The notes: generated by a model from the letters alone, not told the origin. A stretch of 64,000 bases of DNA from Vicinamibacterales bacterium (GCA_965220695.1 OZ244838.1:3395293-3459292); one strand, 5' to 3'. Positions 35,245-44,746 are shown, numbered from the stretch's first letter. Translations and numbers: made by a program.

Positions 35245-35787
35245 TTACTCTTCGGTCGGCTCGATAGCCTGGTCGTCCGCAGCGTCTGTGCGCGTACCGT
35301 CGGCAGAGTCTGGTGCAGGTGCCGGTTCGTCTTCCTCGCCTTCCTTGACGATGCGGACGAGGACCTCGGCAGTCACCTCGCGATGCACCTTGATACGTAC
35401 GCGGTGCTCGCCCTGGTGCTTGAGCGGCTCGTCGATCTGGATCTTGCGGCGATCGACCTCCAGAGACTGCACGGCCAGACTGGCCGCCACGTCCGAACTG
35501 GTCACCGAACCATACATCGTGTTGGTCTCGCCAAAGCGCCGGACTACGACACAGACAGCCTGATTCAAGCGACCGGCGAAGACCTCGGCAGCGTCCTTCT
35601 CGGCCAGATCACGTGCATCGGCTCCCACACGTTCGCGGTCGATCTGACGCTGGTTCGACTCGGTCACCGGCAACGCCAGATTGCGAGGCAGCAGGTAGTT
35701 GCGCGCGTACCCGTTGGCCACCTTGACGACATCTCCTCGACGACCGAGATTCTCGATCGGTTCTCTGAGAATGACCTGCACAGACAT
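35245..35787 (-). CDS. rplI: 50S ribosomal protein L9
   Basis: ORF-track 180 aa, MSVQVILREPIENLGRRGDVVKVANGYARNYLLP...; acidic C-terminal tail. Confidence 0.92.
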   Translation of the reverse strand: MSVQVILREPIENLGRRGDVVKVANGYARNYLLPRNLALPVTESNQRQIDRERVGADARDLAEKDAAEVFAGRLNQAVCVVVRRFGETNTMYGSVTSSDVAASLAVQSLEVDRRKIQIDEPLKHQGEHRVRIKVHREVTAEVLVRIVKEGEEDEPAPAPDSADGTRTDAADDQAIEPTEE

Positions 35788-35826
35788 CTATTTCGCTCCG
35801 TCGCGGCATGCGCCCCCACGGACGCG
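35788..35826 (-). repeat. collapsed remnant directly upstream of rplI (tip plus SD-like box)
   Basis: Operon sense CGTCCGTGGGGGCGCATGCCGCGACGGAGCGAAATAG-ATG. GTCCGTGGGGG matches the tip of copy 3205-3250; CGCGACG-GAGCGAAAT matches the box CGCGACGAGGGAGCAAAT of copy 44747-44944. Confidence 0.35.
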
Positions 35827-35967
35827 CCGCCGGGTGTGTCGCCGCCGACCATGACACAACGGACCCCGAGCGGGAACCAGAAACTCGACCCGGCGCACAC
35901 ACGCCGAATCACACATTCTCACCAGCCTGAACCGCTGGACCGACCGGACGGTCCCCGGTCCGCGACA

Positions 35968-36234
35968 TCAATCGGTAACGTACGGAATCAACGCCAACTG
36001 CCGGGCACGTTTGATGGCCGTCTGCAGCTTGCGCTGATGCTTCGCGCACGTACCCGACAGCCGGCGGGGCTGAATCTTGCCGCGCTCGGGAATGCTGGCG
36101 ATCAGCATCCTGACATCTTTGTAGTCGATGTAGTCGACCTTGTCGACGCAAAACCGACACACCCGCTTGCGTCGAAACATTCCGCGACGAGGTCGTTCGG
36201 TCTTCGGTTGGCGTCCACCAGCTCCGCCCCTCAT
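35968..36234 (-). CDS. rpsR: 30S ribosomal protein S18
   Basis: ORF-track 88 aa, ...[19 protein letters not shown]...[16 protein letters not shown]... ATG overlaps the rpsF stop (ATGA). Confidence 0.92.
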   Translation of the reverse strand: MRGGAGGRQPKTERPRRGMFRRKRVCRFCVDKVDYIDYKDVRMLIASIPERGKIQPRRLSGTCAKHQRKLQTAIKRARQLALIPYVTD

Positions 36235-36791
36235 TCCTTCACCTCCACTGTCTCAGCAGCAGCGTCGGTAGACCCGACCACCACGGGGGACTCCGGCGGT
36301 GCATGATCAGAGGCCGGCGCCGGCGCGACAACCTCGGCGGGCGAATCGTCCGACGGCGGCGGCGCGGCGGCGGCCTCTGCCGACTCCGCCTCGGCGACCG
36401 GCGCATCGGCATTGCGAGGAGCAAGACCGCGAGCGGCGCGACGCTGGTCCGCCGTGGCCTTGCGCTTCTCCGCCACGCGGCGGGCCTTGCGCATGTCCTC
36501 GTCAATGCGCACGATCAGATGGCGCAGCACCTGATCGCGCACCCTGAGCCGGCGCTCGAGTTCGCTGACCATCCCGGCCGGACCGTCGATCATCTGCGCT
36601 ACATAGATGCCTTCCCCGTAGTGGGCGACCGGATAGGCAAGCTTCCGGCGTCCCCAGACGTCGGTGTTCTGAACCACCCCGCCGAGCGATTGAATGTGCC
36701 CGTCAATCTCGGCCTTCAGCGCCTCCACCTCTGCATCGGTGGCGACCGGGGCTACGATATACACAAGTTCGTATTGTCGTTCGTTTGGCAT
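36231..36791 (-). CDS. rpsF: 30S ribosomal protein S6 with long Ala/Pro/Glu-rich C-terminal tail
   Basis: ORF 36231..36872. Start set to ATG 36791 ([13 protein letters not shown]...), GAAGGAG upstream. Confidence 0.9.
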   Translation of the reverse strand: MPNERQYELVYIVAPVATDAEVEALKAEIDGHIQSLGGVVQNTDVWGRRKLAYPVAHYGEGIYVAQMIDGPAGMVSELERRLRVRDQVLRHLIVRIDEDMRKARRVAEKRKATADQRRAARGLAPRNADAPVAEAESAEAAAAPPPSDDSPAEVVAPAPASDHAPPESPVVVGSTDAAAETVEVKE

Positions 36792-36901
36792 GATGCTCCT
36801 TCTGGACTGGCGGCCACCTGGTGGTGGCAAGGAGTTTCGTGAACGCGCGGTCGACCCGCACGTGTAGTCCATACGAGGCTACCGGACCAGCGCCGTCGCG
36901 G

Positions 36902-37525
36902 TCAAGACCTGATACCGCCTCCATCCGTGGTCTTGTCGGCGACATCCTCCTCTTCGCGCCGATTGAACTGGTTCATCACCGGCTCGATACCTGACTCGGC
37001 AAACAGGGCGACGGCATCGGCGGCGCGGCTGACCGCACAGTCCATGACGGATCGTTCCTCCGGAGCGAATCGCGACAACACGTGGCCCACGAGTCCGCGC
37101 CGTGGATCGCCACGGCCAACTCCGATCCGGATTCTGGCAAACCGTTCGGTCCCCAGCTCGTCGATCACCGACCAGAGTCCGTTGTGCCCGCCCGCCGACC
37201 CCTGATGTCGCGCGCGCAGGCGCCCGAGCGACAGGTTGACGTCTTCACTCACCACGAGCAATTCGGACACATCGACCCGGTAGTACCGCTGCACGGCGCC
37301 GACGGCAATCCCGCTGCGGTTCATGTAGGTCATCGGCTTGACAAGCAGCACTGACGAGGGACCGCCCTCGATACCGTGCGACCTGGCTAACACCGCGTCA
37401 GCGGGTCCGGACTGAAACACAAGACTCCACCGGCGCGCGAGCTCGTCCACGACCTCGAAGCCGACGTTATGCCGCGTTCCGCGGTACTCCGAACCCGGAT
37501 TGCCAAGCCCGACAATCAGCTTCAC
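36902..37525 (-). CDS. pth: peptidyl-tRNA hydrolase
   Basis: ORF 36902..37831. GTG 37525 gives (M)KLIVGLGNPGSEYRGTRHNVGF...; ATG 37546 is the alternative. The upstream ORF part overlaps rplY. Confidence 0.88.
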   Translation of the reverse strand: MKLIVGLGNPGSEYRGTRHNVGFEVVDELARRWSLVFQSGPADAVLARSHGIEGGPSSVLLVKPMTYMNRSGIAVGAVQRYYRVDVSELLVVSEDVNLSLGRLRARHQGSAGGHNGLWSVIDELGTERFARIRIGVGRGDPRRGLVGHVLSRFAPEERSVMDCAVSRAADAVALFAESGIEPVMNQFNRREEEDVADKTTDGGGIRS

Positions 37526-37563
37526 GGTGAAGGCCCCGCAGGGCATTGAAAGGACAGCGCCCG

Positions 37564-38247
37564 TCAGGCGCCGCTCTTCGCGCCCTGTTCCTGCGTCTGG
37601 TCGTCCGTGGGAGCCTCGGCGGCAGCTTCGTCCTCTTCCACCGTCTCCTCCTCCTCCTCCTCCTCCTCCTCCTCGACCTTCGGCGCGATGACATGGACCA
37701 GCAACGTATCGGCATCGGCGACCGGCCGCCAAGACGTCCCCTCGAGCAGATCTCCCACGCGCACGCTCTGCCCGATGGTCAGCGGTGACACGTCGACGGT
37801 GATGTGCTCCGGGATCTCGCTGGGCAGGCACTCAACGGCGATCTCGCGCTGCACGAATTCGATCAGCCCGCCTTGGACCTTGACACCCTCGGCTTCGCCC
37901 TGCAACTCGATGGGCACGGTCACCGTAATGGCCTTGTCCATCGCGACTCGGTAGAAGTCGACGTGCAGCAGAGCGTGCGTAATGGGATTTACCTGATAGT
38001 CCTTGATGAGGACCTGACTGGGTTCCCCCGAGTCGACGGCCAACCAGATCAGCGTGTTGACGCCGCTCTCAGACTTCAGAATCCTGGATATCGCATCAGG
38101 ATCGACGCTGACGGCGACCGAACCGGCGCCCGACGAAGCGCCGCTCTCACCATAGACGATGCCCGGCACCTGCCCATTCCGGCGAAGCAGGCGAGCATGG
38201 TTCTTTCCTCGGCCCGACCGGGCCTCGGTATTCAATGTGGTGTTCAT
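37564..38247 (-). CDS. rplY: 50S ribosomal protein L25 / general stress protein Ctc
   Basis: ORF 37564..38508. Start set to ATG 38247 (MNTTLNTEARSGRGKNHARLLRRNGQVPGIVYG...). Poly-Glu C-terminal tail. Confidence 0.9.
   Translation of the reverse strand: MNTTLNTEARSGRGKNHARLLRRNGQVPGIVYGESGASSGAGSVAVSVDPDAISRILKSESGVNTLIWLAVDSGEPSQVLIKDYQVNPITHALLHVDFYRVAMDKAITVTVPIELQGEAEGVKVQGGLIEFVQREIAVECLPSEIPEHITVDVSPLTIGQSVRVGDLLEGTSWRPVADADTLLVHVIAPKVEEEEEEEEEETVEEDEAAAEAPTDDQTQEQGAKSGA
37645..37674 (-). repeat. (GAG)n trinucleotide run of about 10 units, coding the poly-Glu tract of L25
   Basis: ctcctcctc... run read directly; translated as VEEEEEEEEE(E)TVEEDE in rplY. Confidence 0.9.
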
Positions 38248-38281
38248 GGCAGACCTGTTGTCGACGAAAACACGCTCCGCG

Positions 38282-39226
38282 TCAGACGAACAGTGACGAC
38301 ACGGAGGTCTCCTGGTGAATGCTCTGGATTGCCCGGCCCAACAAAGGCGCAACGGACAGGATTTCGAGTTTGGCCGATTCGGTGAATTCCGGTTTGGGCG
38401 GAATGGTGTTCGTGACCAGTAGCTTCTCGATTGGCGACGCCTCGATGCGTTCGAAGGCCGGTCCGGACAGTACTCCATGCACGGCACAGGCGAGCACACG
38501 CGCCGCACCGTTGGTCCGCAAGGCCACCGCCGAATGGGTCAGCGTGCCGGCTGTATCGACGAGATCGTCGGCGATGATGCACACACGCCCTTCCACTTCG
38601 CCCACCACGTGCATCACCTCGGCGGTGCCATCTTCCGACCGCCGCTTGTCGATGATGGCCAGGTCGGCTCCGAGTCGCTTCGCGTAGGCGCGCGCGCGCT
38701 CCACGCCACCGGCATCAGGCGACACGATCGTCAAACCCGGCTCCATGCGACTCGACAGATACTCGATGAAGATCGGCGCAGCGAACAGGTGGTCAACGGG
38801 AATGTCGAAGAACGCCTGAATCTGCGCCTTGTGCAGATCCATGGTCAATATGCGGTTCGCCCCGGCCGCGCTCACGAGATTTGCAACCAGCTTGGCCGAA
38901 ATCGGCACCCGCGGCTTGTCCTTCCGATCCTGACGGGCGTAGCCGTAGTATGGCATCACTGCCGTGATGCGGGACGCGGAGGATCGCCTGAAGGCGTCGA
39001 TCATCACGCACAACTCCACCAAGTGAGGATCGACCGGCGTACACGTCGGCTGCAGGATGAACACGTCGGTGCCCCGGATGTTCTCGTCAATCTGAAACGA
39101 CACCTCAGTGTCGGCGAAACGCTTCAGGTTCGACCTGCCGAGAGGCACTCCCAGGAAACCGGCGATTTCCTGCGCCAGCTCCCTATGCGCACTACCGGAA
39201 AAAATCTTCAGCTGCCCGTTCTGCAT
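38282..39226 (-). CDS. prs: ribose-phosphate pyrophosphokinase
   Basis: ORF-track 314 aa, MQNGQLKIFSGSAHRELAQEIA...AVMPYYGYARQDRK... Confidence 0.95.
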   Translation of the reverse strand: MQNGQLKIFSGSAHRELAQEIAGFLGVPLGRSNLKRFADTEVSFQIDENIRGTDVFILQPTCTPVDPHLVELCVMIDAFRRSSASRITAVMPYYGYARQDRKDKPRVPISAKLVANLVSAAGANRILTMDLHKAQIQAFFDIPVDHLFAAPIFIEYLSSRMEPGLTIVSPDAGGVERARAYAKRLGADLAIIDKRRSEDGTAEVMHVVGEVEGRVCIIADDLVDTAGTLTHSAVALRTNGAARVLACAVHGVLSGPAFERIEASPIEKLLVTNTIPPKPEFTESAKLEILSVAPLLGRAIQSIHQETSVSSLFV

Positions 39227-39293
39227 CGCCGTGTGTCACCGCCGTCGGCCCGGCCGCTCTCATCATCGAGAGATGGAGATTACCGGGCCCGAT

Positions 39294-39368
39294 TGGTTGG
39301 GGCGGAAGGATTCGAACCTTCGAATACGGGATCCAAAGTCCCGCGCCTTACCACTTGGCCACGCCCCA
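39294..39368 (-). tRNA. tRNA-Gln (anticodon TTG)
   Basis: Hand-folded: acceptor TGGGGCG/CGCCCCA, anticodon loop CTTTGGA, GGTTCGAATCC T-arm, CCA encoded. Confidence 0.9.
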
Positions 39369-39380
39369 TCCCCAGGGGTC

Positions 39381-39462
39381 CGGCTCGGAAAGTACCCTCG
39401 TCGCGTCTTGCCGGTCGCGTGCAGCACGTGATCGGCACCACCCGCGACAGCACCAGGGGTTG
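39381..39462 (-). repeat. right-half copy between ispE and tRNA-Gln
   Basis: gtaccctcgtcgcgtcttgccggtcgcgtgcagcacgtgatcggcaccacccgcgacagcaccaggggttg aligns along its length with gctccctcgtcgcgccttgccacgcgggcgcagcgccaatctcggtgcaacgcggggtttcaccacgggctg (44868-44944 region). Confidence 0.5.
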
Positions 39463-39539
39463 GCGGCAGGCCTCCCGGTCGCCGACGCAAACTTCTATGC
39501 TATCGCGGGTGATCCAACCTGGGCAAGAGCCCCGTCGAG

Positions 39540-40448
39540 TCAGGTCTCCCGGGCCAGGTGCGCACGATTGACGGTCCGGGTGAAGACCGCCCGCCACCCC
39601 TGTTGCCGTACAGCGATCACTGCCTTCAGGGCGCGCGTTCTGGTCGCGAACAACCCGAACACCGCCGATCCGCTCCCTGTCATGGCAGCGGCCAGCGCTC
39701 CGGTGCCGGCCAAGGCTCGCGCCGCGTCCCGGATTTCACTGCGGCGACGGAAGATTGGCCGCTCGAGATCATTGGTCAGCGCCGTAAGGTCGAGTCGTGA
39801 GCCGATGACCGGCGGTGGGCGACGGCGCCGCGCGGCGGTGACGTCCTGGTCCAGCCACGCATAGGCGCGTGCCGTCGGCACGCCATCGGCCGGCACGATG
39901 ATGACGAGCCACTGGCGCGGTAGATCGACCAGTGGATATATCTCGTCGCCGCGTCCCACACCGAGCGCCGTACCCCCTACGAGGAAGAATGGACCGTCCG
40001 CCCCGACATCGGCGGCCACGTCACGCAAGAGCTCTTGCGGGGGCGATGCCTTCCACAGCCGGCACAGCCCCCGGAGCGAGGAGACGGCATCCGACGTCCC
40101 ACCGCCAAGACCCGCTTCGATCGGTATCCGTTTGACGATTGTCGCCGCGACGCCCCGAGGCTCGCCGCGACGCCCCAGCGCCAGCCAGAGCGACTGCGCC
40201 GCGCGCCACACCAGGTTGTTCCGGTCATGAGGAACGCCCTGCGCTGTACAGCGTACCTGACACGGACCCTCAACGGCTCGCAAGGTAACGGTGTCGTGCA
40301 ACGCCACCGACTGCAAGACGGTGGTCAGATCGTGAAAGCCGTCTTCACGAATGGGACCGATTCGAAGATCGAGATTGATTTTCGCGTACGCCCTCAGCTT
40401 GAGTACGTGCGGCGCTGGCCCGGCACCAGACGTGGAGGAGGCGGTCAT
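39540..40448 (-). CDS. ispE: 4-diphosphocytidyl-2-C-methyl-D-erythritol kinase
   Basis: ORF 39540..40802. ATG 40448 (MTASSTSG...LKLRAYAKINLDLRIG...) overlaps the upstream stop (ATGA). GHMP motif IPIEAGLGGGTSDA. Confidence 0.9.
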   Translation of the reverse strand: MTASSTSGAGPAPHVLKLRAYAKINLDLRIGPIREDGFHDLTTVLQSVALHDTVTLRAVEGPCQVRCTAQGVPHDRNNLVWRAAQSLWLALGRRGEPRGVAATIVKRIPIEAGLGGGTSDAVSSLRGLCRLWKASPPQELLRDVAADVGADGPFFLVGGTALGVGRGDEIYPLVDLPRQWLVIIVPADGVPTARAYAWLDQDVTAARRRRPPPVIGSRLDLTALTNDLERPIFRRRSEIRDAARALAGTGALAAAMTGSGSAVFGLFATRTRALKAVIAVRQQGWRAVFTRTVNRAHLARET

Positions 40449-41281
40449 TTCGAACCCGGCGACGACTCGTCCGCAGGAGACGCCTCGAGCGGCCCGGCTC
40501 GCCGCAGGTCCAGGAGCGTCATCGGCATGACATCTGGCGGCAGGTCGATGATGAACGCCTGGTCGGAGATCGGGATGTTCAGATTGACCTGGGACAGAGT
40601 GGCAACAAGATCGGTCAGCGGTCGGTTCTCGGCCCCGGGCTCCATGGCCGCCGAGATCACTCGCACGTGCCGCGGAATACCCCGGCGGAAATCGCCGTAC
40701 TCGATCGTCAACCCGTCGCGTGTGCCGGCGACCAGTTGGTGCACACCATCCACCCGCCGAAGATACGCCACCGCCCCCCCAGCAAGATCGACTGCGGTCC
40801 ACCCGTCATAATCGCGTCCAGCGACCGGTTCAGGGTCCGGCACGAGACACCCGGTAAGTACCGCGCGTAGGTCGGCCGGACTCAACGACACCCCGGTGAG
40901 ACTCTCCAGCATATCCGCCGCCGGCACACCCGTCAGTACACGGCCCTCACGGGTCAACCACAACAGCGCTTCGCCCGGTCGAGCCACGAGATAGAAGCCG
41001 GGAGTCCCGAACGGCGCCAGACCCTCGAGACGCACTGACCCGGGAGCCGCGAGCCCAGCCCGGATCCGACCGTTGAGATCGGTGCCGCCACCGCGTCCGC
41101 GAAGCCGAATGAGCGCTTCAATGGTTCGGATGTTCCGGCATTCCTCCACGACCGGACGAAACACCGACTCGAAATCGGGCAGTGGTATCCCGGGTCCCCG
41201 CGGCAACGCCAAACGCGGCTGAGCGCAGCCGGCCACGACCACGAGCAGGATCGCTGTCGGGATGATACGGATGCCGGTCAT
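40445..41281 (-). CDS. LolB-like / DUF4292-like outer-membrane lipoprotein
   Basis: ORF 40445..41650. ATG 41281 gives MTGIRIIPTAILLVVVAGC (signal peptide plus lipobox). The position upstream of ispE-prs mirrors lolB-ispE-prs synteny. Family assignment rests on context only. Confidence 0.6.
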   Translation of the reverse strand: MTGIRIIPTAILLVVVAGCAQPRLALPRGPGIPLPDFESVFRPVVEECRNIRTIEALIRLRGRGGGTDLNGRIRAGLAAPGSVRLEGLAPFGTPGFYLVARPGEALLWLTREGRVLTGVPAADMLESLTGVSLSPADLRAVLTGCLVPDPEPVAGRDYDGWTAVDLAGGAVAYLRRVDGVHQLVAGTRDGLTIEYGDFRRGIPRHVRVISAAMEPGAENRPLTDLVATLSQVNLNIPISDQAFIIDLPPDVMPMTLLDLRRAGPLEASPADESSPGSK

Positions 41282-41321
41282 CGGTCGCCGCGACGGGCCA
41301 CCGCGGGAAAAGTGCCGGACC

Positions 41322-43172
41322 TCACCTGGCTTGCCGAGCGCGCGCGGCGTCGAGCTTCCGCTCGATCTCAGCCCGTTCGACGCCGTCGCCGTCACCAGCC
41401 AGCGCGCGTTCCCAGGCCGTGATCGCCTCGGCATAGCGTTCGAGCCTGTACAGGAGATCGCCCAGGTGGTCCTGGACCACCGAATTGTTTCGAAGCTGGT
41501 TACCGGCCTGCCGCAACGGCGGCTCAGCCAACTCGAGCCGGTCCTGTTTGAAGTACGCCCATCCGAGACTGTCAAGATATGAGCCGTTGTTCGGATCCAG
41601 TTCGAGCGCCCGCTGAATGAGATCGACCGATTCGTCGAGCCGCTCGCCACGCTCGGCTAGCATGTATCCCAGGTAGTTCAATGTCTGGGCGTCATCGGGG
41701 TCTCGCTCCAATACACGTCTGAACGCGCGTTCCGCCTCGCCAAAACGCTGTCCCCGCTCGAACACGGCACCCAGCTGGAAGACGATGAGCGTGTTCCTCG
41801 GAAACTGGACCTCTGCTGCAGTCAATACACGCACCGCATCATCGACCCGGTCATGCTCGCTGTACAGATTTGCCAGCGCGACATGCGCAATCGGTTCTGC
41901 CGGAAGGCGATCGAGCGCACCCTCCAGGACCGCGACCGCCTCGGCGAGGTCTCCCCGAGCCGACAAGGTCTGCGCCTGGAGTCGAAGCAACGCCAGGTTG
42001 TCCGGACGGTCGCGGCGAGCTCGGGCGACGATATCCTCTGCGTCGTCATACCGACCAGCCGAGAGATAGGCCTGCGCCAACTGCGCTTGAAGACGCAGAT
42101 CCGACGGCACCAGTGCCAGCGCCGCAACCAGACTCTCAATGGCGGCGTCCTGGTCCCCGAGTTGTACGTGCGCCGCGCTCACGCTCTGTAGCAGGCTCGC
42201 GATCTGTTCAGGTGCGTCCCGGGCCGCCCTGGCCCTGTCGATCACGGGTTCAATCGTTTCGATCATCGACTGGTAGCGCCCGAGAGCTCCAAGCCCCCGA
42301 GCCAGCATGAACGGCCCCCGCAGCCCATCCGGTTCCAACTCGGTCACCCGGCGAGCCGCCGCCACAGCACCATCGAAATTGTCGAGTTGAAACTCGATCT
42401 GCGACAAGGAAAACCAACCACCTGCGTCATCCGGTCTGGCCCGCACGAGGTTCCGCAGCACCTCGAGCGCTCGTTCCATCTGACCGGCATTTACCAATGC
42501 GGCAGCGAGTTGGCGACGGTATCTGACGTTGCGGGAGCCCCCAAGGATCGCGCGCTCGTAGGCGGCCACCGCTTCGTCCCACCGCCCCTCCGCCTCGTAC
42601 GCCTGGGCAAGCAGCGCAAGCGCTTCGGCGAATTGCGGCTCCGCGTCGATCACCTCATTCAACACGTCGATCGCGGCCGACACGTTCTGGGAAACGAGGT
42701 AGAGTCGACCGAGCGTCAAATACAGGGCGAGATCTGGAGACTGCGGGTCGCGAGCACGCTCCAGGTGATCGACGGCCCGGTCGAGGTCCTCAGGACCAGC
42801 TCCGCGCGAACCTGCGCGAGCGGCGAACACCAGCCCGAGAATGCGGTGCGCCTCCCTGTTCTCGGGATCCAACTCAAGCGCCGCGTCGGCTGCATCGAGT
42901 GCTTCATCGCTCCGATTGGCACGAGCAAAGAGTCCCGCCAGTTCGGCCTGAATATCCGCCGCGTTCGGGTCGAGCGCGGCAGCGCGACGATGCGCGGCAG
43001 CTGCTCCGTCGACATCCCCGTCAGCTTCCAGCGACCGTCCCAGGATGAACGCATGATACGCCGCGGCGCGGTCCTCCGCGGAGGGCTGGCTTTGCGCTTG
43101 CGCCTCGGCGCGTGTCGGCACTCCAGGGGCGAGAACCGCAATGCATGAGATGAAAAAGCATAGAAACCGCAT
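41322..43172 (-). CDS. secreted tetratricopeptide-repeat (TPR) protein
   Basis: ORF 41322..43388. ATG 43172 gives the signal-like MRFLCFFISCIAVLAPGVPTRAEA. Many A..Y/LG..Y..G..D.A TPR-type repeats. Confidence 0.8.
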   Translation of the reverse strand: MRFLCFFISCIAVLAPGVPTRAEAQAQSQPSAEDRAAAYHAFILGRSLEADGDVDGAAAAHRRAAALDPNAADIQAELAGLFARANRSDEALDAADAALELDPENREAHRILGLVFAARAGSRGAGPEDLDRAVDHLERARDPQSPDLALYLTLGRLYLVSQNVSAAIDVLNEVIDAEPQFAEALALLAQAYEAEGRWDEAVAAYERAILGGSRNVRYRRQLAAALVNAGQMERALEVLRNLVRARPDDAGGWFSLSQIEFQLDNFDGAVAAARRVTELEPDGLRGPFMLARGLGALGRYQSMIETIEPVIDRARAARDAPEQIASLLQSVSAAHVQLGDQDAAIESLVAALALVPSDLRLQAQLAQAYLSAGRYDDAEDIVARARRDRPDNLALLRLQAQTLSARGDLAEAVAVLEGALDRLPAEPIAHVALANLYSEHDRVDDAVRVLTAAEVQFPRNTLIVFQLGAVFERGQRFGEAERAFRRVLERDPDDAQTLNYLGYMLAERGERLDESVDLIQRALELDPNNGSYLDSLGWAYFKQDRLELAEPPLRQAGNQLRNNSVVQDHLGDLLYRLERYAEAITAWERALAGDGDGVERAEIERKLDAARARQAR

Positions 43173-43293
43173 AACGGTCAGATTGTTCCACAACAGACTA
43201 CCGTCGGACAACCGGGACCACCCCAAGGCGCACGTGCCGGCCGCGCGGAACAGTCTGATATAGTCTGCCTGTCCGAGATCGAAGAGGAGCCGC

Positions 43294-43464
43294 ATGGGTG
43301 TCGACGCAGAATTATTGAGCATTCTGGCCTGCCCGGAATGCAAGACCCCGGTCGTGCTGGTGCACGACGGCAGCGCCTTGAAATGCACCGCCTGTCACCG
43401 CGTGTATCCGATCAAGGACGACATCCCGGTGATGCTCGTTGAAGAAGCCACCGTCGAGGAGTAG
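43294..43464 (+). CDS. Trm112 / UPF0434 (YcaR-like) small zinc-ribbon protein
   Basis: Not in ORF track (56 aa). Hand translation: MGVDAELLSILACPECKTPVVLVHDGSALKCTACHRVYPIKDDIPVMLVEEATVEE*. GAGGAG 4 nt before the ATG. Confidence 0.85.
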   Translation: MGVDAELLSILACPECKTPVVLVHDGSALKCTACHRVYPIKDDIPVMLVEEATVEE

Positions 43465-43478
43465 GGACCGACACCACC

Positions 43479-44681
43479 GTGGACATGCGTGCGTTCCTTG
43501 ACGCCGACGACGGCGAACCCACGCTGGAAACGGCGGCGTATGCGGCACTTCTGGCCTTCGTCGTTGCGCTGCAGATTTCGATTGCAGCCTCTGGCATCCT
43601 GCTGACCATTACTCTCGGATGCTGGATCGGCCTGCTCATCACCCGCAATGAGCGTCCGTCGGCACCACCCTTCTTCGTGGCGCTGCTGATCTACGCGGTG
43701 CTGACCCTCGTCTCGGTGGCGTTCTCGCTCGACCCCGGAATAAGCATCGTCGACTCGAAGGAGGTACTGCTGTTTCTCGTGGTACCGGTCGTGTTCCGAC
43801 TAGCCAGTGGTCGGCGAGCTCAAACGGTGGCGACGGTTATCGTCACCGTGGGTGCCGCCAGCGCCGTGTTCGGCGTGGTGCAGTACGGCATCTTCGAGTA
43901 CGACAACCTGGGCCAGCGCCCCTCCGGTTCGATGGGGCACTACATGACATACTCCGGCCTGCTTGTGCTGGTGCTCGCGCTGGCGGGGGCGCGGCTCCTG
44001 TTCGACACGAAGGAGCGCATCTGGTCCCTTCTGGTCATGCCGGCGCTGCTGGTCGCCCTGGCGCTCACGTTCACCCGCAGCTACTGGATCGGCGCCGGCG
44101 CCGCACTCAGTCTGCTATTCGTGTTGCGAGATTTCAGGCTGCTCGCGGTGATTCCGGTGCTGGCGGCACTGTTCCTCGTGCTTGCACCGCCGCAGATCAC
44201 GGCCCGCTTCTACTCCACCTTCGACCCGCAGGACCCGACCGCCAGAGATCGGTTCGCCATGGCCCGATCTGGAATCCGGATCATCCGTGACCATCCGATT
44301 ACCGGCGTCGGTCCCGACATGGTCAAGGAGGTGTATCCCGACTATCGCGACGCCGGCGCAGTGCAGGACGAAAACCCGCACCTGCACAACGTGCCGCTGC
44401 AGATCGCAGCCGAACGCGGTCTGGCCGCCCTTGCCTCGTGGCTCGTCTTCTTGTGCCTGCTGCTGCGCGACCTGTTCCGTCTGTTTCGCAACGACCACAC
44501 GCGGCCACTGGCGGCGGCAGGTCTGGCCGCGGTGACAGGGATGCTGACCGGCGGGTTGTTCGAATACAACTTCGGTGATTCGGAATTCCTGATGTTGTTC
44601 CTGGTGATCGCGACTCTGCCACTGGCCGCGGCCCAAGACCGGGAATCCCTGCCGGCTGCCGCCGACCGCGCCGTCACGTAG
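43479..44681 (+). CDS. O-antigen ligase (Wzy_C) family polytopic membrane protein
   Basis: ORF-track 400 aa (GTG start). About 10 hydrophobic segments; ...FTRSYWIGAGAAL... and NPHLHNVPLQIAAERG motifs typical of the family. Confidence 0.75.
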   Translation: MDMRAFLDADDGEPTLETAAYAALLAFVVALQISIAASGILLTITLGCWIGLLITRNERPSAPPFFVALLIYAVLTLVSVAFSLDPGISIVDSKEVLLFLVVPVVFRLASGRRAQTVATVIVTVGAASAVFGVVQYGIFEYDNLGQRPSGSMGHYMTYSGLLVLVLALAGARLLFDTKERIWSLLVMPALLVALALTFTRSYWIGAGAALSLLFVLRDFRLLAVIPVLAALFLVLAPPQITARFYSTFDPQDPTARDRFAMARSGIRIIRDHPITGVGPDMVKEVYPDYRDAGAVQDENPHLHNVPLQIAAERGLAALASWLVFLCLLLRDLFRLFRNDHTRPLAAAGLAAVTGMLTGGLFEYNFGDSEFLMLFLVIATLPLAAAQDRESLPAAADRAVT

Positions 44682-44746
44682 CTCGCCGGACGCGGGAGCC
44701 GACCTCGTCCCCACCACCAGACACCCCCCAGCGGGTGTGCGGCTAG

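Noticed and set aside
43190-43270. Inverted/direct AGTCTG repeats (CAGACTA ... CAGTCTGATATAGTCTG) between the TPR gene and the Trm112-like gene as an operator
   Set aside because: The repeats are short (6-7 nt) with no clear promoter partner apart from a TATAGT hexamer. This is too weak to call without conservation data.
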